A stretch of DNA of 64,000 nucleotides from an uncultured virus (IMG/VR IMGVR_UViG_3300022928_000007) (lineage: Duplodnaviria > Heunggongvirae > Uroviricota > Caudoviricetes), in IMG/VR virus record IMGVR_UViG_3300022928_000007, one strand, 5' to 3'. This document shows positions 28,990 to 39,266 of this stretch, one piece after another. The position numbers and the translations under genes are program-made. The notes below the pieces were generated by a model that was not told the origin of the DNA, made no database searches, and saw only the letters and a program-made list of their open reading frames with translations. Numbering within the stretch: the first letter of the stretch is position 1; each line of letters opens with the position of its first letter.

Positions 28990-29844
28990 ATGGCAAATGC
29001 ATTAGACGCAGTTTTGGCTCAGTACGAGAAAAACACTGCAAAATCAAACAACGGAAATCAATCGATTTCACAAGAAGACAGACTAAAACGTTATTTCACA
29101 ACGTATCTCCCTAAAGGGACTAAATCAGGTCAGAAAAAAGTCAGAATTCTACCAACTGCAGACGGTTCTTCACCTTTTAAAGAGGTATGGTACCATGAAG
29201 TTCAGATTGATGGTAAGTGGACTAAACTGTATGACCCAGGTAAAAATGATGGAGAACGTTCACCACTTACTGAGGTTTATGAGGAATTAATGTCAACAGG
29301 TAAAGATTCTGATAAAGAATTGGCGAGACAATATAGACCACGTAAATTCTACATTGTTAAACTTGTAGATAGAGACAATGAAGACCACGGACCTAAATTT
29401 TGGAGATTTAAAGATAATTACAAACAAGAAGGTATCTTAGATAAAATCATTCCAATTTGGAAGGCAAAGGGAGACATTACTGATGCTAATGAAGGTAGAG
29501 ATTTAATTATTGAACTTTCAAAGGCAAAAACACCTAAAGGTATTGAGTATACTGTAGTTCAGACAGTTATGTATGATGACCCATGTGTTATTCATGAAGA
29601 CACTACTCAAATGAAAGAGTGGATGGAAGATGAGTTAACTTGGCAAGATGTATACGCACAAAAACCTGTAGAGTACTTAGAAGCTATCGCAAGAGGAGAG
29701 ACACCTGTATGGGATACAGAACTTAAAAAGTATGTATACGGTGAAGATTCTGAGGTGACACTTGGAGGAGGTGCAACTGAAAAAGTTGAGGAAACAAAAG
29801 ACCCACAATCAAGTATGGGAGTTGACACTGACTTACCATTTTAA
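28990..29844 (+). CDS. Single-stranded DNA-binding protein, gp32-like
   Basis: VRILP...SPF.E...H, D....G.D..I pattern, acidic C-terminus ending DTDLPF; first gene of an SSB-UvsX-exonuclease-helicase block. Confidence 0.75.
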   Translation: MANALDAVLAQYEKNTAKSNNGNQSISQEDRLKRYFTTYLPKGTKSGQKKVRILPTADGSSPFKEVWYHEVQIDGKWTKLYDPGKNDGERSPLTEVYEELMSTGKDSDKELARQYRPRKFYIVKLVDRDNEDHGPKFWRFKDNYKQEGILDKIIPIWKAKGDITDANEGRDLIIELSKAKTPKGIEYTVVQTVMYDDPCVIHEDTTQMKEWMEDELTWQDVYAQKPVEYLEAIARGETPVWDTELKKYVYGEDSEVTLGGGATEKVEETKDPQSSMGVDTDLPF

Positions 29845-29858
29845 TAGAATAACCAATC

Positions 29859-29888
29859 GATGGTAACGACATTCGTGTCGTTACCATC
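29859..29888 (+). other. Perfect 13-bp stem with UUCG loop between ssb and uvsX
   Basis: GATGGTAACGACA-TTCG-TGTCGTTACCATC; no U tract follows. Confidence 0.75.
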
Positions 29889-29905
29889 ATTATCTTAGAA
29901 AAAAT

Positions 29906-30907
29906 ATGGCAATAAAGAAAAAAGATTTTAGTAGTATAAAGAAAAAGTTCTCTACGTCTGCAAAGTATAAACCACAAAGATTTTTAGATTTGGGTGAAAA
30001 CTTTTTAGATGCGGTTGGAGTTCCGGGTCCCGCGATAGGACACTTAAACATGTTTCTAGGTCACTCAGATACAGGTAAAACTACAGCGTTAGTAAAGGCT
30101 GCGGTAGACGCTCAGAAAAAGGGTATACTTCCTGTGTTTATTATTACAGAACAAAAATGGTCTTTTGAGCACGCACAACTCATGGGTTTTGAGTGTGAAG
30201 AAGTAGTTGATGAAGAAACAGGAGAGTTAGATTGGGATGGATTTTTTATTTTTAATAATAATTTTAACTACATTGAACAAATCACAGATTATATTAATGA
30301 GTTATTAGATGCACAATCAAAAGGTGAGTTAGAATACGATTTGTTATTTTTATGGGATTCTGTAGGTTCAGTGCCGTGTAAAATGACATTTGATGGTAAA
30401 GGAGGAAAACAACATAACGCCTCTACTTTGGCAGACAAAATCGGTATGGGAATTAACCAAAGAATATCGGGTTCGAGAAAGGCGGATTCTAAATATGAGA
30501 ATACGTTAGTAATTGTAAATCAACCGTGGGTAGAATTACCAGATAACCCATTTGGTCAACCAAAAATTAAAGCTAAAGGAGGGGAATCGATATGGTTAAA
30601 CTCATCATTAGTATTTTTATTTGGTAATCAGAAAAATGCGGGTACTACCAATATATCCGCAGTTAAAGATAAGAGAAAAGTTAAATTCGCATCACGAACT
30701 AAAATTTCTGTGATGAAAAATCATATAAATGGATTAGGTTATGCGGATGGAAGAATTATTGTTACTCCTCATGGTTTTTTAGCGGGAAAAGATAGTACCG
30801 AAGAAAAGAAATCAATCGAGAAGTACAAAGGAGAACAATCTACATATTGGAAAGAAGTAATAGGAACTGAAGGTGACTTCAGGTTAGAAGAAGAAAAAGA
30901 AGTGTAA
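29906..30907 (+). CDS. uvsX: RecA/UvsX-like recombinase
   Basis: Walker A GHSDTGKT, Walker B LFLWDS, VNQ, KGG, MKNH. Confidence 0.85.
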   Translation: MAIKKKDFSSIKKKFSTSAKYKPQRFLDLGENFLDAVGVPGPAIGHLNMFLGHSDTGKTTALVKAAVDAQKKGILPVFIITEQKWSFEHAQLMGFECEEVVDEETGELDWDGFFIFNNNFNYIEQITDYINELLDAQSKGELEYDLLFLWDSVGSVPCKMTFDGKGGKQHNASTLADKIGMGINQRISGSRKADSKYENTLVIVNQPWVELPDNPFGQPKIKAKGGESIWLNSSLVFLFGNQKNAGTTNISAVKDKRKVKFASRTKISVMKNHINGLGYADGRIIVTPHGFLAGKDSTEEKKSIEKYKGEQSTYWKEVIGTEGDFRLEEEKEV

Positions 30908-30925
30908 CAATTTAACACAGATAAA

Positions 30926-31942
30926 GTGGTTAAAACATTATTAGTTGACGGAAATAATTTATTTAAAATAGGTTTTCACGGGGTTAGAGATTTCTACCAC
31001 GAAGGAAAACATATTGGAGGTATATATCATTTCGTTAATACAATCAAAAGATTCTTAAATGAGTACAATTATGACAAAGTAATTGTCTTTTGGGATGGAG
31101 AAAACAACTCCTCCCAAAGGAGACTCATATCTCCCGACTACAAACAAAACAGAAAACAAACCTTAAATGATGCTAAAAAAGAATCCTTTGAATGGCAAGT
31201 TCAAAGGGTTAAAGCTTATTTGGAGGAAATGTTTATACGACAGGTATCAGTAAAGAATACTGAGAGTGATGATTTAATTGCGCATTACTGTCACGTATCT
31301 GAAGATGAATATAAAACTATTTTTTCCTCAGATAAAGACCTTACACAACTTATCTCAGATAAAGTGGAAGTGTACCAACCCATGAAGAAAAGAACCCTTA
31401 AAAATGGAGATATGGTACCTTTAAAAGACATCTCAATACCTCATCAAAACATATCTACGTTTAAAATTATTTCAGGAGATAAGTCAGATAATATTGATGG
31501 TATTAGATATATGGGAGAAAAAACATTTGTTAAGTTATTTCCCGAAATAGTTGATAGTGTGGTTACTATTGACGATATTTTAAAACGTGCAGAGGAACTA
31601 CACAAAAATGATAAAGACAATCGAGCATTACAAAACCTACTTTCAGGTAAAACAAAAAAAGGAATTTATGGTGAAGAATTTTTTGTAATTAATAAAAAAC
31701 TCGTAGATTTGTCCCAACCATTATTAACTGATGAATCAAAAGAAATTATTGAACAATATCATACGGAAAATTTAGACCCTGATGGTAGAGGATATAAGAA
31801 TCTTATGAGAATGATGATGAGTGATGGAATTTTTAAATATTTACCTAAACACGACAACGCATGGGTTGAATTTTTAACCCCTTTTATGAAATTAACAAGA
31901 AAAGAAAAAAGAAGATTTAAAACAAAAAAACGTTTATTATGA
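30926..31942 (+). CDS. 5'-3' exonuclease/flap endonuclease (T4 RNase H / PolI N-terminal-like)
   Basis: LLVDGNN, WDG, YK.NR, ESDD, SSDKDLTQL, GDKSDNIDGI..GEKT. Confidence 0.9.
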   Translation: MVKTLLVDGNNLFKIGFHGVRDFYHEGKHIGGIYHFVNTIKRFLNEYNYDKVIVFWDGENNSSQRRLISPDYKQNRKQTLNDAKKESFEWQVQRVKAYLEEMFIRQVSVKNTESDDLIAHYCHVSEDEYKTIFSSDKDLTQLISDKVEVYQPMKKRTLKNGDMVPLKDISIPHQNISTFKIISGDKSDNIDGIRYMGEKTFVKLFPEIVDSVVTIDDILKRAEELHKNDKDNRALQNLLSGKTKKGIYGEEFFVINKKLVDLSQPLLTDESKEIIEQYHTENLDPDGRGYKNLMRMMMSDGIFKYLPKHDNAWVEFLTPFMKLTRKEKRRFKTKKRLL

Positions 31943-32391
31943 AAGAAAAAATAGAAACAACAAAATTGGAGTTCTTGATGACGCTAAACGACAACTTCGT
32001 AGTACAGAGATACTTCAATGTTAAGGGGTATAATCCCAAGGCGAGAAAAAGTGTTGAACTCTACAGTCTAATTAGAGATGTTGCTGAAAAAATCCAAGAG
32101 GATTTAAAAGTTAAAGCTTCTGACTATATGACTGAAAACGCACAACAAATTATGTCTAATCCAGACATTTTAGAGACTTCAAATACCGAAGGACCTGAGT
32201 ATTTTAACATCTTTATTAAGATTGGAGATGAGACAATTTGTCATAGAATTTGGGACGCTAAAATGTACCCACCTAAGACAAGATACACTGTGGATGTACG
32301 CCCACACCTAAAAAAGTTACTTCGTGATTTGACTGACATTTTCTCTAGAGAAAAATTAACTCACAAGTACATGGATTATCAACTAGTTTAA
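31939..32391 (+). CDS. Hypothetical protein (150 aa)
   Basis: ATGA overlap with the exonuclease gene; no recognisable motif. Confidence 0.7.
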   Translation: MKEKIETTKLEFLMTLNDNFVVQRYFNVKGYNPKARKSVELYSLIRDVAEKIQEDLKVKASDYMTENAQQIMSNPDILETSNTEGPEYFNIFIKIGDETICHRIWDAKMYPPKTRYTVDVRPHLKKLLRDLTDIFSREKLTHKYMDYQLV

Positions 32392-32433
32392 CCATATTTA
32401 TATTCTACAAAGAAGATTAAAACTCAATAAAAT

Positions 32434-33813
32434 ATGTCAAAAGAAAAAAATTTTGGATACCTCGGTAACACATTTCAATTACAGCTACTTAATAACGTTA
32501 TTCTATATAAGGATTTTGCGGCTTCTATTGTAGACGTACTTGAACCAAAATATTTTGACAATCAATATTTTAAGTTAATCATGCAGATGACAAAGGAGTA
32601 TTATCACAAATACGAACACGCTCCTTCGTTCTCCACTCTTGAACAAATTACTAAATCTGAGGTATCATCACCTATGGCTCAAAAAATGGTCTTAGATATG
32701 ATTAATCAAGTTAGTGAGACACCAATCGATGGACATCAATATGTCCAAGAAAAGTCATTAAAGTTCTGTAAGCAACAAGAATTACAGAAAGTAATGACTA
32801 AAGCTCAAAAAATTATCGATAAAGGTGATTTTGAATCGTATGACTATCTTGAAGAGATGGTTAGAGAAGCTTTACAGGTTGGTGAGGTTGACACAGGAAC
32901 TGCAGATGTATTCTTTAATTTAGATGAAGTTTTGGATGATGATTTTAGACATCCAATACCGATTGGTATACCTGGTATTGATAATCTACTAAAAGGTGGA
33001 TTAGCTAAAGGAGAAATCGGTGTTATACTTGCACCTACAGGTGTTGGTAAAACAACTGTACTTAGTAAAATAACTAATAATGCGTTTAACTTAGGTTATA
33101 ATGTTTTACAGATATTTTTCGAAGATAATCCTAAGATTATACAAAGAAAACACTTTACTATGTGGACTAAAATTGCACCTGATAATTTATCTCTACATAA
33201 GGAAGAAGTTTTACAAAAAGTCAAACAAATTAAAGAAAACGCACCTAACAGACTTATTTTAAAGAAGTTACCTTCTGACACATTAACTATGAATCAAATT
33301 AAAAATCAGATTCGTAAAATGATGGCTGAGGGTACTAAAATAGACATGGTAGTTGTAGATTATATTGATTGTATTGTTCCCGATAAAAATTTAGGGGACG
33401 AATGGAAAAGTGAAGGTTCAGTAATGAGAGGATTTGAATCCATGTGTCATGAGTTAGATATTGCAGGATGGACCGCCACTCAAGGTAATAGGTCCTCTAT
33501 ATCTTCTGAAGTTGTAACAACAGACCAAATGGGAGGTTCAATAAAGAAAGCTCAGGTAGGTCACGTTATTATTTCTGTTGCAAAATCCCTACAACAGAAA
33601 GAAATGAATTTAGCAACAATAGCGATTACTAAGTCAAGAATTGGTAAAGACGGTATTGTATTTGAAAATTGTAAATTCGATAACGAAATGTTAGAGATTG
33701 ATACGGACTCAAGTGTCACATTCTTAGGTTTAGAAGAACAAAAAGAAGAGAAGAACAAAGTACGTATTCAAGAACTACTTGAAAAAAGAAAACAAAGGGA
33801 AAGTAAACAATAA
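32434..33813 (+). CDS. Replicative DnaB-like helicase (gp41-like)
   Basis: APTGVGKT, VVDYID, TATQGNR, KSR.G motifs. Confidence 0.9.
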   Translation: MSKEKNFGYLGNTFQLQLLNNVILYKDFAASIVDVLEPKYFDNQYFKLIMQMTKEYYHKYEHAPSFSTLEQITKSEVSSPMAQKMVLDMINQVSETPIDGHQYVQEKSLKFCKQQELQKVMTKAQKIIDKGDFESYDYLEEMVREALQVGEVDTGTADVFFNLDEVLDDDFRHPIPIGIPGIDNLLKGGLAKGEIGVILAPTGVGKTTVLSKITNNAFNLGYNVLQIFFEDNPKIIQRKHFTMWTKIAPDNLSLHKEEVLQKVKQIKENAPNRLILKKLPSDTLTMNQIKNQIRKMMAEGTKIDMVVVDYIDCIVPDKNLGDEWKSEGSVMRGFESMCHELDIAGWTATQGNRSSISSEVVTTDQMGGSIKKAQVGHVIISVAKSLQQKEMNLATIAITKSRIGKDGIVFENCKFDNEMLEIDTDSSVTFLGLEEQKEEKNKVRIQELLEKRKQRESKQ

Positions 33814-33835
33814 AACATTTTAAAAATTAGCAAGG

Positions 33836-35116
33836 ATGGATAATCTAATTAATACTGTAAGTAAAGACATACGTTATGTAATTAAAAGAAGCGGAGATAA
33901 AGTCGTTTTCAAGTCGGATAAGATTGAAACCGCAATATTAAACGCGATGAAAAGTATCTCTAAAGTGGATAATGAGATGGCTGAAAAAATAGCCAGATTA
34001 ACAACTAAGGCACTTTTTAGAGGTAATAAAGATAGAGTGCCAAATGTGGATGAGATTCATGATATGGTTGAAAACAAACTAATGGATAACGGATTAAATG
34101 ATGTTGCTAAGGAGTACATTATCTACCGTTCAAAAAACCAACCTAACATATTCTCAAAGAGAGTTAATCTTAAACCTTATGAGTATCCTAATTTGAATGA
34201 ATATGTGGATGCTATCAGACATTCATACTGGGTACATACAGAATTTAATTTTACATCTGACATACAAGATTACAAGGTACACCTGAATGAAAAAGAAAAG
34301 TCTGCAGTGGAGAGAGCTATGTTAGCGATTTCCCAAATAGAAGTGGCGGTTAAGTCATTTTGGGGTGACATTTACAAAAGGATGCCAAAACCTGAAATTG
34401 GAAATGTTGGAGCAACTTTTGCGGAATCTGAAGTTAGACACGCTGATGCGTATTCTCATTTGATTCAACTATTAGGACTTAATAACGAGTTTGAAAACCT
34501 ATTAGAAGTACCACAAGTAAGAAGAAGAATTAAATACTTAGAAAAGGCAATATCTACATCGAAATCGGTTGATAATAAAGAATATTTTGAATCGGTCGTA
34601 TTATTTTCGATGTTCGTTGAAAATGTGTCTTTATTTTCACAGTTCTTAGTGATTATGTCATTCAACAAACATAAGAATAAGTTAAAAGGTATTAGTAATG
34701 CAGTTGAGGCAACATCTAAAGAAGAAAATATTCACGCAGAATTTGGTTTTGAATTAGTTAATTTAATTAAAAAAGAAAATCCTGAATGGTGGACAGAACA
34801 ATTGGTAGATGATTTAGTTATTGCTACTAAAGAAGCTTATGAGGCTGAGACTGAAATAGTTGATTGGATTTTTGAGAAGGGAGATTTGGATTTCTTAACA
34901 AAAAGTCAAACTATGGAATTTATTAAACACAGATTTAACGTATCATTAAATTCTATCGGACTTGATAATATCTTTGAAATTAACGATACTTTGTTAGAAA
35001 CTACAGAGTGGTTTGATGATGAAATTTTAACTACAAAACATACTGATTTCTTTAATAAAAGAAGTATAAATTATAGTAAAAAATCTAAATCAATCACATC
35101 TAACGATTTATTTTAA
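33836..35116 (+). CDS. nrdB: Ribonucleotide reductase beta subunit with N-terminal ATP-cone (NrdBi/class Id-like)
   Basis: VIKRSG...KI..AI...VDEIHD.VE..LM...VAKEYI.YR ATP-cone; QIEVAVKSFW, ESEVRHADAY, EENIH metal-site motifs; DFF near the C-terminus. Confidence 0.9.
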   Translation: MDNLINTVSKDIRYVIKRSGDKVVFKSDKIETAILNAMKSISKVDNEMAEKIARLTTKALFRGNKDRVPNVDEIHDMVENKLMDNGLNDVAKEYIIYRSKNQPNIFSKRVNLKPYEYPNLNEYVDAIRHSYWVHTEFNFTSDIQDYKVHLNEKEKSAVERAMLAISQIEVAVKSFWGDIYKRMPKPEIGNVGATFAESEVRHADAYSHLIQLLGLNNEFENLLEVPQVRRRIKYLEKAISTSKSVDNKEYFESVVLFSMFVENVSLFSQFLVIMSFNKHKNKLKGISNAVEATSKEENIHAEFGFELVNLIKKENPEWWTEQLVDDLVIATKEAYEAETEIVDWIFEKGDLDFLTKSQTMEFIKHRFNVSLNSIGLDNIFEINDTLLETTEWFDDEILTTKHTDFFNKRSINYSKKSKSITSNDLF

Positions 35117-35150
35117 AAAAAATATACACGAATAATAATAAAAAAATAAT

Positions 35151-36857
35151 ATGAAAAATAGAAAACCTTTTGATTGGATTAATGAGGAGTCGGTGACGTT
35201 TCTTCGTAGAGGTTATTTAAGTGAAGGTGAAGAACCTTTAGATAGAATAAAAACAATAGCGGAACACGCTGAAAAACTTTTAGGTATTGAAGGATTTGCG
35301 GAAAAATTCTACAACTATATGGGTAAAGGATGGTATTCATTATCATCGCCTGTATGGGCTAATTTTGGTAAAAAAAGAGGATTACCGGTAAGTTGTTTCG
35401 GTTCTAACATAAGTGATAATATTGAATCAATCTTGTACACACAAGCAGAGGTTGGTGAAATGAGTAAAATGGGTGGAGGTACCTCTGGTTACTTTGGTAA
35501 TATTAGAGGAAGAGGTGCTGAGATTACAGACAACGGACACGCACCAGGAGCGGTACACTTCATGAATTTATTTCAAAGTGTGGTTGATAACATTTCTCAA
35601 GGTTCAACACGTAGAGGAAGATTTTCACCTTATCTACCTGTAGAGCATCCAGATATTATGGAGTTTCTTGAAATTGGTACTGAAGGATTTCCAATCCAAG
35701 ATTTAACACACGCAGTTACCGTAACTGATAATTTTATGGAAGAAATGATAGCGGGTGATGATGAGAAAAGAAAAATATGGGCGAAAGTAATTCAAAGAAG
35801 AGGTGAGATTGGTTACCCTTATATTATGTTTACTGATACCATGAATAATAACTCACCTGAAGTTTATAGAGATAAGGGTGCTAAGATTTATAATTCCAAT
35901 CTTTGTTCTGAAATTGCATTACATAACTCTGATGATGAGTCTTTTGTTTGTGTTTTATCCTCTATGAATGTATTATACTATGACGAGTGGAAAGATACTG
36001 ACGCGGTTCAAACTATGGTCTATTTCTTAGACGCGGTTGTTACTGAATACTGTAACAAATTAGAACAACTTAGAGATAATGGTACGAGAGAAGGTAAAAT
36101 GGCATTTTTATACATGGAAAAGGCTTACAACTTCGCTAAAAGACAAAGAGCATTAGGTTTAGGTGTGTTAGGTTGGCATTCATTGTTACAATCAAAGGGT
36201 CTTGCGTTTGACACTAGAGAGACTGCAAAACTTAATGTTGAAGTTTTTAAATTCATCAAAGATAAATCTTATGAAGCTTCTGAGGAACTGGCAAATATTT
36301 TTGGGGAACCTGAATACTTAAAAGGTTACGGTAGAAGAAACGTTACATTAAATGCAGTTGCACCTACAACGTCATCAGCTTTTATACTTGGACAAGTGTC
36401 ACAGTCAATTGAACCTATTTGGTCCAATTGTTATGTTAAAGATGTGGCTAAATTAAAAGTAACAATTAAGAATCCTGTACTAAAAGAGTTACTAATAGAA
36501 TTAGGTCAAGATACTAAAAAAGTTTGGGATAGTATTAAAAAACAAGATGGTTCAGTACAACATTTAGATTTCTTAAATGATGAACAAAAAGATATCTTTA
36601 GAACATTTGCAGAAATTAATCAGTCATCCATTATTAATCAAGCTGCGGTTAGACAAGATTATATTGACCAATCACAATCTTTAAACCTAATGGTATCACC
36701 TGAGATGCCAACCAAAGATGTTAATAAGTTACTTATTGATTCATGGAAACTTGGAGTGAAAACACTGTACTATCAACATTCAATGAACTCGGCACAGGCA
36801 TTTGCGAGAAAGAAATTAAATCTTAATGACTTACAATGTATTGCTTGTGAGGGTTAA
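35151..36857 (+). CDS. nrdA: Ribonucleotide reductase alpha subunit (short, no ATP-cone)
   Basis: PVSCF, GGGTS, SNLCSEI, APTTSS, DQSQSLN, KTLYY, C-terminal CIACEG. Confidence 0.95.
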   Translation: MKNRKPFDWINEESVTFLRRGYLSEGEEPLDRIKTIAEHAEKLLGIEGFAEKFYNYMGKGWYSLSSPVWANFGKKRGLPVSCFGSNISDNIESILYTQAEVGEMSKMGGGTSGYFGNIRGRGAEITDNGHAPGAVHFMNLFQSVVDNISQGSTRRGRFSPYLPVEHPDIMEFLEIGTEGFPIQDLTHAVTVTDNFMEEMIAGDDEKRKIWAKVIQRRGEIGYPYIMFTDTMNNNSPEVYRDKGAKIYNSNLCSEIALHNSDDESFVCVLSSMNVLYYDEWKDTDAVQTMVYFLDAVVTEYCNKLEQLRDNGTREGKMAFLYMEKAYNFAKRQRALGLGVLGWHSLLQSKGLAFDTRETAKLNVEVFKFIKDKSYEASEELANIFGEPEYLKGYGRRNVTLNAVAPTTSSAFILGQVSQSIEPIWSNCYVKDVAKLKVTIKNPVLKELLIELGQDTKKVWDSIKKQDGSVQHLDFLNDEQKDIFRTFAEINQSSIINQAAVRQDYIDQSQSLNLMVSPEMPTKDVNKLLIDSWKLGVKTLYYQHSMNSAQAFARKKLNLNDLQCIACEG

Positions 36858-36887
36858 ATAATTACACAAAAACTAAAACACTATTAT

Positions 36888-36915
36888 AAAAGGTTAGATT
36901 CGTCTAACCTTTTTT
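36888..36915 (+). terminator. Intrinsic terminator with UUCG loop
   Basis: AAAAGGTTAGA-TTCG-TCTAACCTTTTTT. Confidence 0.85.
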
Positions 36916-36959
36916 AGTTTATATACAGATAAAATAATCTGTGTTTATATTTATGAAAT

Positions 36960-37421
36960 ATGGCAGATGGTAAAACATACGGAGTATTTTTTCCTTTTAG
37001 AGATAGTTTACAGGGAGACTACCTAAGATTAACTCAATCTTCTGATGAGGAAATCAGGGCAGACTTACTGCATTTAATACTAACAAGAAAGGGTAGTAGG
37101 TATTATTTACCTGACTTTGGTACTCGAATCTATGAGTTTATTTTCGAACCAATGGATGGACCAACATTTGATGCAATCAAGGCGGATGTAAGACAAGCGG
37201 TAGATAAATTTATACCTAATTTACAAATAAATGACATTAATATTGAACCATACGTTGAAGCAGAACCATTACCTGGTGAAATAAATTATGATGAATTAGG
37301 AGGACAAGTATTCAGGGTAGCTAGTGATAGTGCCGTGGAGTATACTGCTAAACTTAGGATTGACTATACTATAGTTAATGGTACTTTTTCATCAAAAGAT
37401 TTCGTGATTATTAATATTTAA
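36960..37421 (+). CDS. Baseplate wedge/sheath-initiator protein (gp25-like)
   Basis: L..LILT.KG.RY..PDFGT.I..FIFEP signature. Confidence 0.85.
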   Translation: MADGKTYGVFFPFRDSLQGDYLRLTQSSDEEIRADLLHLILTRKGSRYYLPDFGTRIYEFIFEPMDGPTFDAIKADVRQAVDKFIPNLQINDINIEPYVEAEPLPGEINYDELGGQVFRVASDSAVEYTAKLRIDYTIVNGTFSSKDFVIINI

Positions 37422-37427
37422 TAGTAT

Positions 37428-39266
37428 ATGGCTAACCGTAAAATTTCATACACAGACAGAGACTTTCAATCCTTAAGACAGGAACTGATAAATTATACAC
37501 AACAGTATTATCCTGATTTAATAGGTAACTTTAATGATGCGTCGATATATTCGGTGTTTATGGACCTTAATGCTGCTATTGGTGATAATTTACATTATCA
37601 TATGGACAGGAGTATTCAGGAAACGGTTTTACAGTACGCACAACAAAAGTCATCAATTTATAATATTGCACGAACTTACGGTTTGAAGATTCCTGGAAAT
37701 AGACCCTCTATTGCGTTAGTGGATGTTTCAATTACGGTACCCGCATTAGGTGACCAAGAAGATGAAAGGTATTTAGGTGTTATGAGAGCGGGTTCACAAT
37801 TTATTGGTGCCGGTCAAGTTTTTGAAAATCCTAACGACATTGATTTCAGTTCTCAGTATAATAGTGAAGGTTACCCTAACCGTACAAAAATTCCTAATTT
37901 CGATTCTAACAATAGATTAGTTAATTACACGATGACAAAAAGAGAAGTTGTAGTTAACGGTTTAACAAAAACATTTAAAAAAGTAATAAATAATAATGAC
38001 GTAAGACCATTTTTTGAGTTTTTCTTACCCGAAAAAAATGTTGTTAGTATAACCTCAATTATACAAAAAGATGGTGTTAACTATCAATCTCCTCCGACAT
38101 ATGATGAATTCATAAATGCACCTAATAAGTGGTATGAAGTAGACGCCTTAGCGGAATCTAAGATTTTTGTGGAAGACCCTACAAAACCTGCAGATAGACC
38201 TGGACTGAAAGTGGGAAAATATATTGAAACTGAAAATAGATTTGTATCTGAATATACACCTGAAGGGTATTGTAAAATAAATTTTGGTGGAGGAACTACA
38301 ACACCTGAAGAACAACTACAAGAGTTTACAAGAACAGGTATTCCTTTAAGAATACAAGACTACCAAAATAATATAGGTTTAGGTTTAACCGTAAAAGCAA
38401 ATACAACGTTATTTGTACAGTATCGAATAGGTGGGGGTAAAGCCTCTAATGTTGGAGTAGACGTAATAACTCAGTTTGGTACAACATATTTTGATGTCAA
38501 TGGACCATCAACTAATATAAATCAAAATGTTATTGAAAGTTTAAGGACGACTAATGTTACGGCCGCTATTGGTGGCGGAAACTTACCTACAACAGAGGAA
38601 GTTAGAAATATGGTTTCATTTAACTTTGCGGCTCAAAAAAGAGCGGTTACGGTTAATGATTATAATTCATTAGTTAGGACTATGCCTAGTAGATATGGTG
38701 CACCTGCTAAGGCTGCAATTACTGAAGAAGATAATAAAATTAAGATTGAAATATTGTCTTATGATACTCAGGGTAAATTAACAGAAGCTGTGTCTAACAC
38801 TTTAAAACAAAACATAGCAAATTATTTATCACATTATCGAATGATTAATGATTATATATCAATTACTAACGCTAATGTTGTAGATTTAGAGTTTGATTTA
38901 TCGGTTGTAATGGACTCAACTCAAAACCAAGGACAAATTATAACTAATATTATAAACTCAGTTGATAATTATTTTTCACCTCAAAAACAACAATTAGGTA
39001 GTAATGTAAACATTTCGGATATACGAAGGATAGTACAAGATATACCTGGAGTCATTTCATTATCTGACTTACAAGTGTTTAACAAAGTGGGGGGAAGGTA
39101 CTCAAATTCACAAACATCTCAAAGATATTCTAATAACGAAACAAAACAAATTCAATTGGTTGATGACACTATATTTGCACAACCTAATCAAGTTTATCAA
39201 ATTAGATTTCCTGACAATGATATTAAAGTGAGGGCCAAGTCACTTAAAAATGTCGACTTCTCTTAA
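37428..39266 (+). CDS. Baseplate wedge protein (gp6/J-like)
   Basis: DF..LR..L, Y..GGG..SN, GG...T.EE.R, Q.RAVT..DY motifs. Confidence 0.85.
   Translation: MANRKISYTDRDFQSLRQELINYTQQYYPDLIGNFNDASIYSVFMDLNAAIGDNLHYHMDRSIQETVLQYAQQKSSIYNIARTYGLKIPGNRPSIALVDVSITVPALGDQEDERYLGVMRAGSQFIGAGQVFENPNDIDFSSQYNSEGYPNRTKIPNFDSNNRLVNYTMTKREVVVNGLTKTFKKVINNNDVRPFFEFFLPEKNVVSITSIIQKDGVNYQSPPTYDEFINAPNKWYEVDALAESKIFVEDPTKPADRPGLKVGKYIETENRFVSEYTPEGYCKINFGGGTTTPEEQLQEFTRTGIPLRIQDYQNNIGLGLTVKANTTLFVQYRIGGGKASNVGVDVITQFGTTYFDVNGPSTNINQNVIESLRTTNVTAAIGGGNLPTTEEVRNMVSFNFAAQKRAVTVNDYNSLVRTMPSRYGAPAKAAITEEDNKIKIEILSYDTQGKLTEAVSNTLKQNIANYLSHYRMINDYISITNANVVDLEFDLSVVMDSTQNQGQIITNIINSVDNYFSPQKQQLGSNVNISDIRRIVQDIPGVISLSDLQVFNKVGGRYSNSQTSQRYSNNETKQIQLVDDTIFAQPNQVYQIRFPDNDIKVRAKSLKNVDFS

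Noticed and set aside
1..36857. Inteins, introns or homing endonucleases in polB, helicases, uvsX or nrdAB
   Set aside because: Proteins are of normal or compact length with contiguous motifs; no splice-junction or LAGLIDADG/HNH/GIY-YIG motifs noticed.
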